Of a stretch of 32,000 bases of DNA, positions 31,753-32,000 are shown in pieces (position 1 is the first letter of the stretch; every line of letters begins with the position of its first letter). The stretch is from Candidatus Binatia bacterium (GTDB lineage Bacteria; Desulfobacterota; Binatia; UBA9968; JAJDTQ01), in NCBI GenBank assembly GCA_022824205.1, contig JAJEAI010000056.1, positions 1 through 32,000 on the forward strand, given 5' to 3'. Position numbers and translations under genes: made by a program. The notes under the pieces were generated by a model. It was not told the DNA's origin, made no database searches, and saw nothing but the letters and a program-made list of their open reading frames with translations.

Positions 31753-32000
31753 AGCTAAACGAAGTCACCAAGCATTTCCCGGTGACCAAGGGCCTGATCT
31801 TCGCCAGGACGATCGGCCATGTGCGCGCCGTCGACGGGGTGACCCTCGACCTCGGCCAAGGCGAGACCCTCGCGCTTGTCGGTGAATCCGGCTGCGGCAA
31901 GACGACCACCGCAAAGCTCATCCTGCGGCAGGAAACGCCGACCTCCGGCAAGTTGGAATTCGAGGGTGAGGACGTCCATGAGATGACCGGGACCGCGCTC
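31731..32000 (+). CDS. ABC transporter ATP-binding protein, DppF/OppF-like (5' partial; continues beyond the window)
   Basis: Manual translation from GTG 31731 (GGAGGA 6 nt upstream): VDSQPVLKLNEVTKHFPVTKGLIFARTIGHVRAVDGVTLDLGQGETLALVGESGCGKTTTAKLIL..., with Walker A GESGCGKT. It is open to the window edge and absent from the ORF track because it has no stop codon. Confidence 0.85.
   Translation, partial: MDSQPVLKLNEVTKHFPVTKGLIFARTIGHVRAVDGVTLDLGQGETLALVGESGCGKTTTAKLILRQETPTSGKLEFEGEDVHEMTGTAL

Overview
GC-rich bacterial chromosomal window (roughly two-thirds G+C by eye), densely coded, with the long antisense ORFs typical of high-GC DNA. I found no rRNA, tRNA or CRISPR array. Left to right: (1) the end of a Rieske ring-hydroxylating dioxygenase operon (alpha and beta subunits, minus strand). 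(2) A vapBC toxin-antitoxin pair with a clear promoter and operator palindrome. (3) A plus-strand operon that interleaves two family-III CoA-transferase paralogs with two separate MaoC/hotdog hydratase halves. The second transferase appears to lack the catalytic Asp and carries an in-frame 3 x 18-bp tandem repeat. (4) An orphan Bug/TctC-type binding protein, divergent from a heme-oxygenase-fold (TenA/PqqC/CADD-like) protein. (5) The most interesting region: a membrane-lipid locus. It holds a PlcP-type (LpxH-like) metallophosphoesterase, an unusual membrane-anchor + class-III aminotransferase + DUF962/Mpo1-like fusion, and a PEMT/ICMT-family membrane methyltransferase in one minus-strand operon. 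This operon is convergent with an Agt/SQD2-like GT4 glycosyltransferase and divergent from ppk-mgtE. PlcP + Agt is the known phosphate-starvation lipid-remodelling pair. The two genes between them are not part of any described pathway that I know of. (6) A 211-bp MITE-like element with perfect 32-bp terminal inverted repeats sits in the plcP/ppk control region. Several REP-like hairpin families are scattered through the intergenic regions, and one cluster supplies the last ~35 codons of the GT4 gene. (7) An uncharacterised secreted protein, DUF1640 and DUF3108 genes, an MFS efflux pump, and a polar amino-acid ABC system without an ATPase gene. (8) A GntR/HutC regulator, an enolase-superfamily enzyme and a complete Dpp/Opp-type ABC transporter that runs off the right edge. 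Two short gene remnants (an alpha/beta-hydrolase N-terminus and a lactonase N-terminus) mark past rearrangements. All functional calls rest on my recognition of family motifs in the translated ORFs; no database search was run.
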